DNA of 64,000 nt from Squalus acanthias (taxonomy: Eukaryota). The position numbers and the translations under genes are program-made. Below, one piece after another: positions 63,585 to 64,000 of the stretch. The notes under the pieces are model-generated. The model did not search any database and was not told where the DNA came from. It saw only the letters and a list, made by a program, of their open reading frames with translations. How positions within the stretch are numbered: position 1 is the stretch's first letter; the number at the start of each line of letters is the position of its first letter. The stretch lies in assembly GCA_030390025.1 (NCBI GenBank), contig CM059433.1, positions 6,698,001 through 6,762,000 of the forward strand, read 5' to 3'.

Positions 63585-64000
63585 AAACATTGCAAGGTGC
63601 TTCACAGGGCAAGAACAGACAAATATTAGTAGTAGGAGAAGAGCTACAGGAGGGAACTGATAGCATGGCCAAAGAGGTAGATTTTGAGGAGGCTTTTGAA
63701 AAAAAGAGAGAGAGAGAGGTAGCAAGGGAGAGTGATTTAGGGATACAGTTCCAGAATATGAGACCAAGGCGGCTGAAGGCTCTGCCATTGAGGCTGGAGT
63801 GGAGAGACCACGTAGGGCTGGAGGAGTTTGTAGAGGTAATAAGGGGTGATTTCATGAAGGGAGTTGTAAACAAGGGCAATAATTTGGAATTTGTGTTTGG
63901 AGGTGGGGAAAAAATGGAGTTTGGCACGGACAAGGATAAAGGGGAGCAGGGCAGTGTGAACTCCAGAGGAAAGCAATGGTGAAGTCAAACCCGCAGGTGA
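63585..64000 (-). mobile_element. Decayed L2-like 3' end
   Basis: Minus strand NGRAFSRLGLIFWNCIP resembles L2 GGRAFS..GPKLWNSLP. Confidence 0.55.

Overview
Vertebrate genomic DNA, most likely from a cartilaginous fish (shark); this is inferred from the repeat content (SacSINE1/DeuSINE-like and HE1/V-SINE-like elements, abundant CR1 LINEs). Two host genes lie on the minus strand in the GRHL1-KLF11 order known from human. KLF11 is complete: 4 coding exons (13746..9840), 531 aa, with a CpG/CCAAT/GC-box promoter at about 13.9-14.2 kb. GRHL1 is partial: its last 8 coding exons (57882..41404, 254 aa) are present and the 5' part lies beyond the window. Most of the rest is nested transposable elements: CR1, L2 and a second CR1/L2-group LINE, SINEs, PIF/Harbinger MITEs, a decayed two-gene Harbinger inside a decayed Penelope element, and an internally deleted RTE. 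Highlights: several minimal hammerhead-ribozyme motifs in Penelope-type termini, including a 228-bp foldback element with two back-to-back hammerheads in a GRHL1 intron; a 1.7-kb G-rich minisatellite in a GRHL1 intron; a near-consensus CTCF motif between the genes; a poly-Gly tract in KLF11; and a long, GRHL2-like exon 10 in GRHL1. Family assignments come from recalled motifs, not database searches, and TE boundaries without a stated TSD are approximate.
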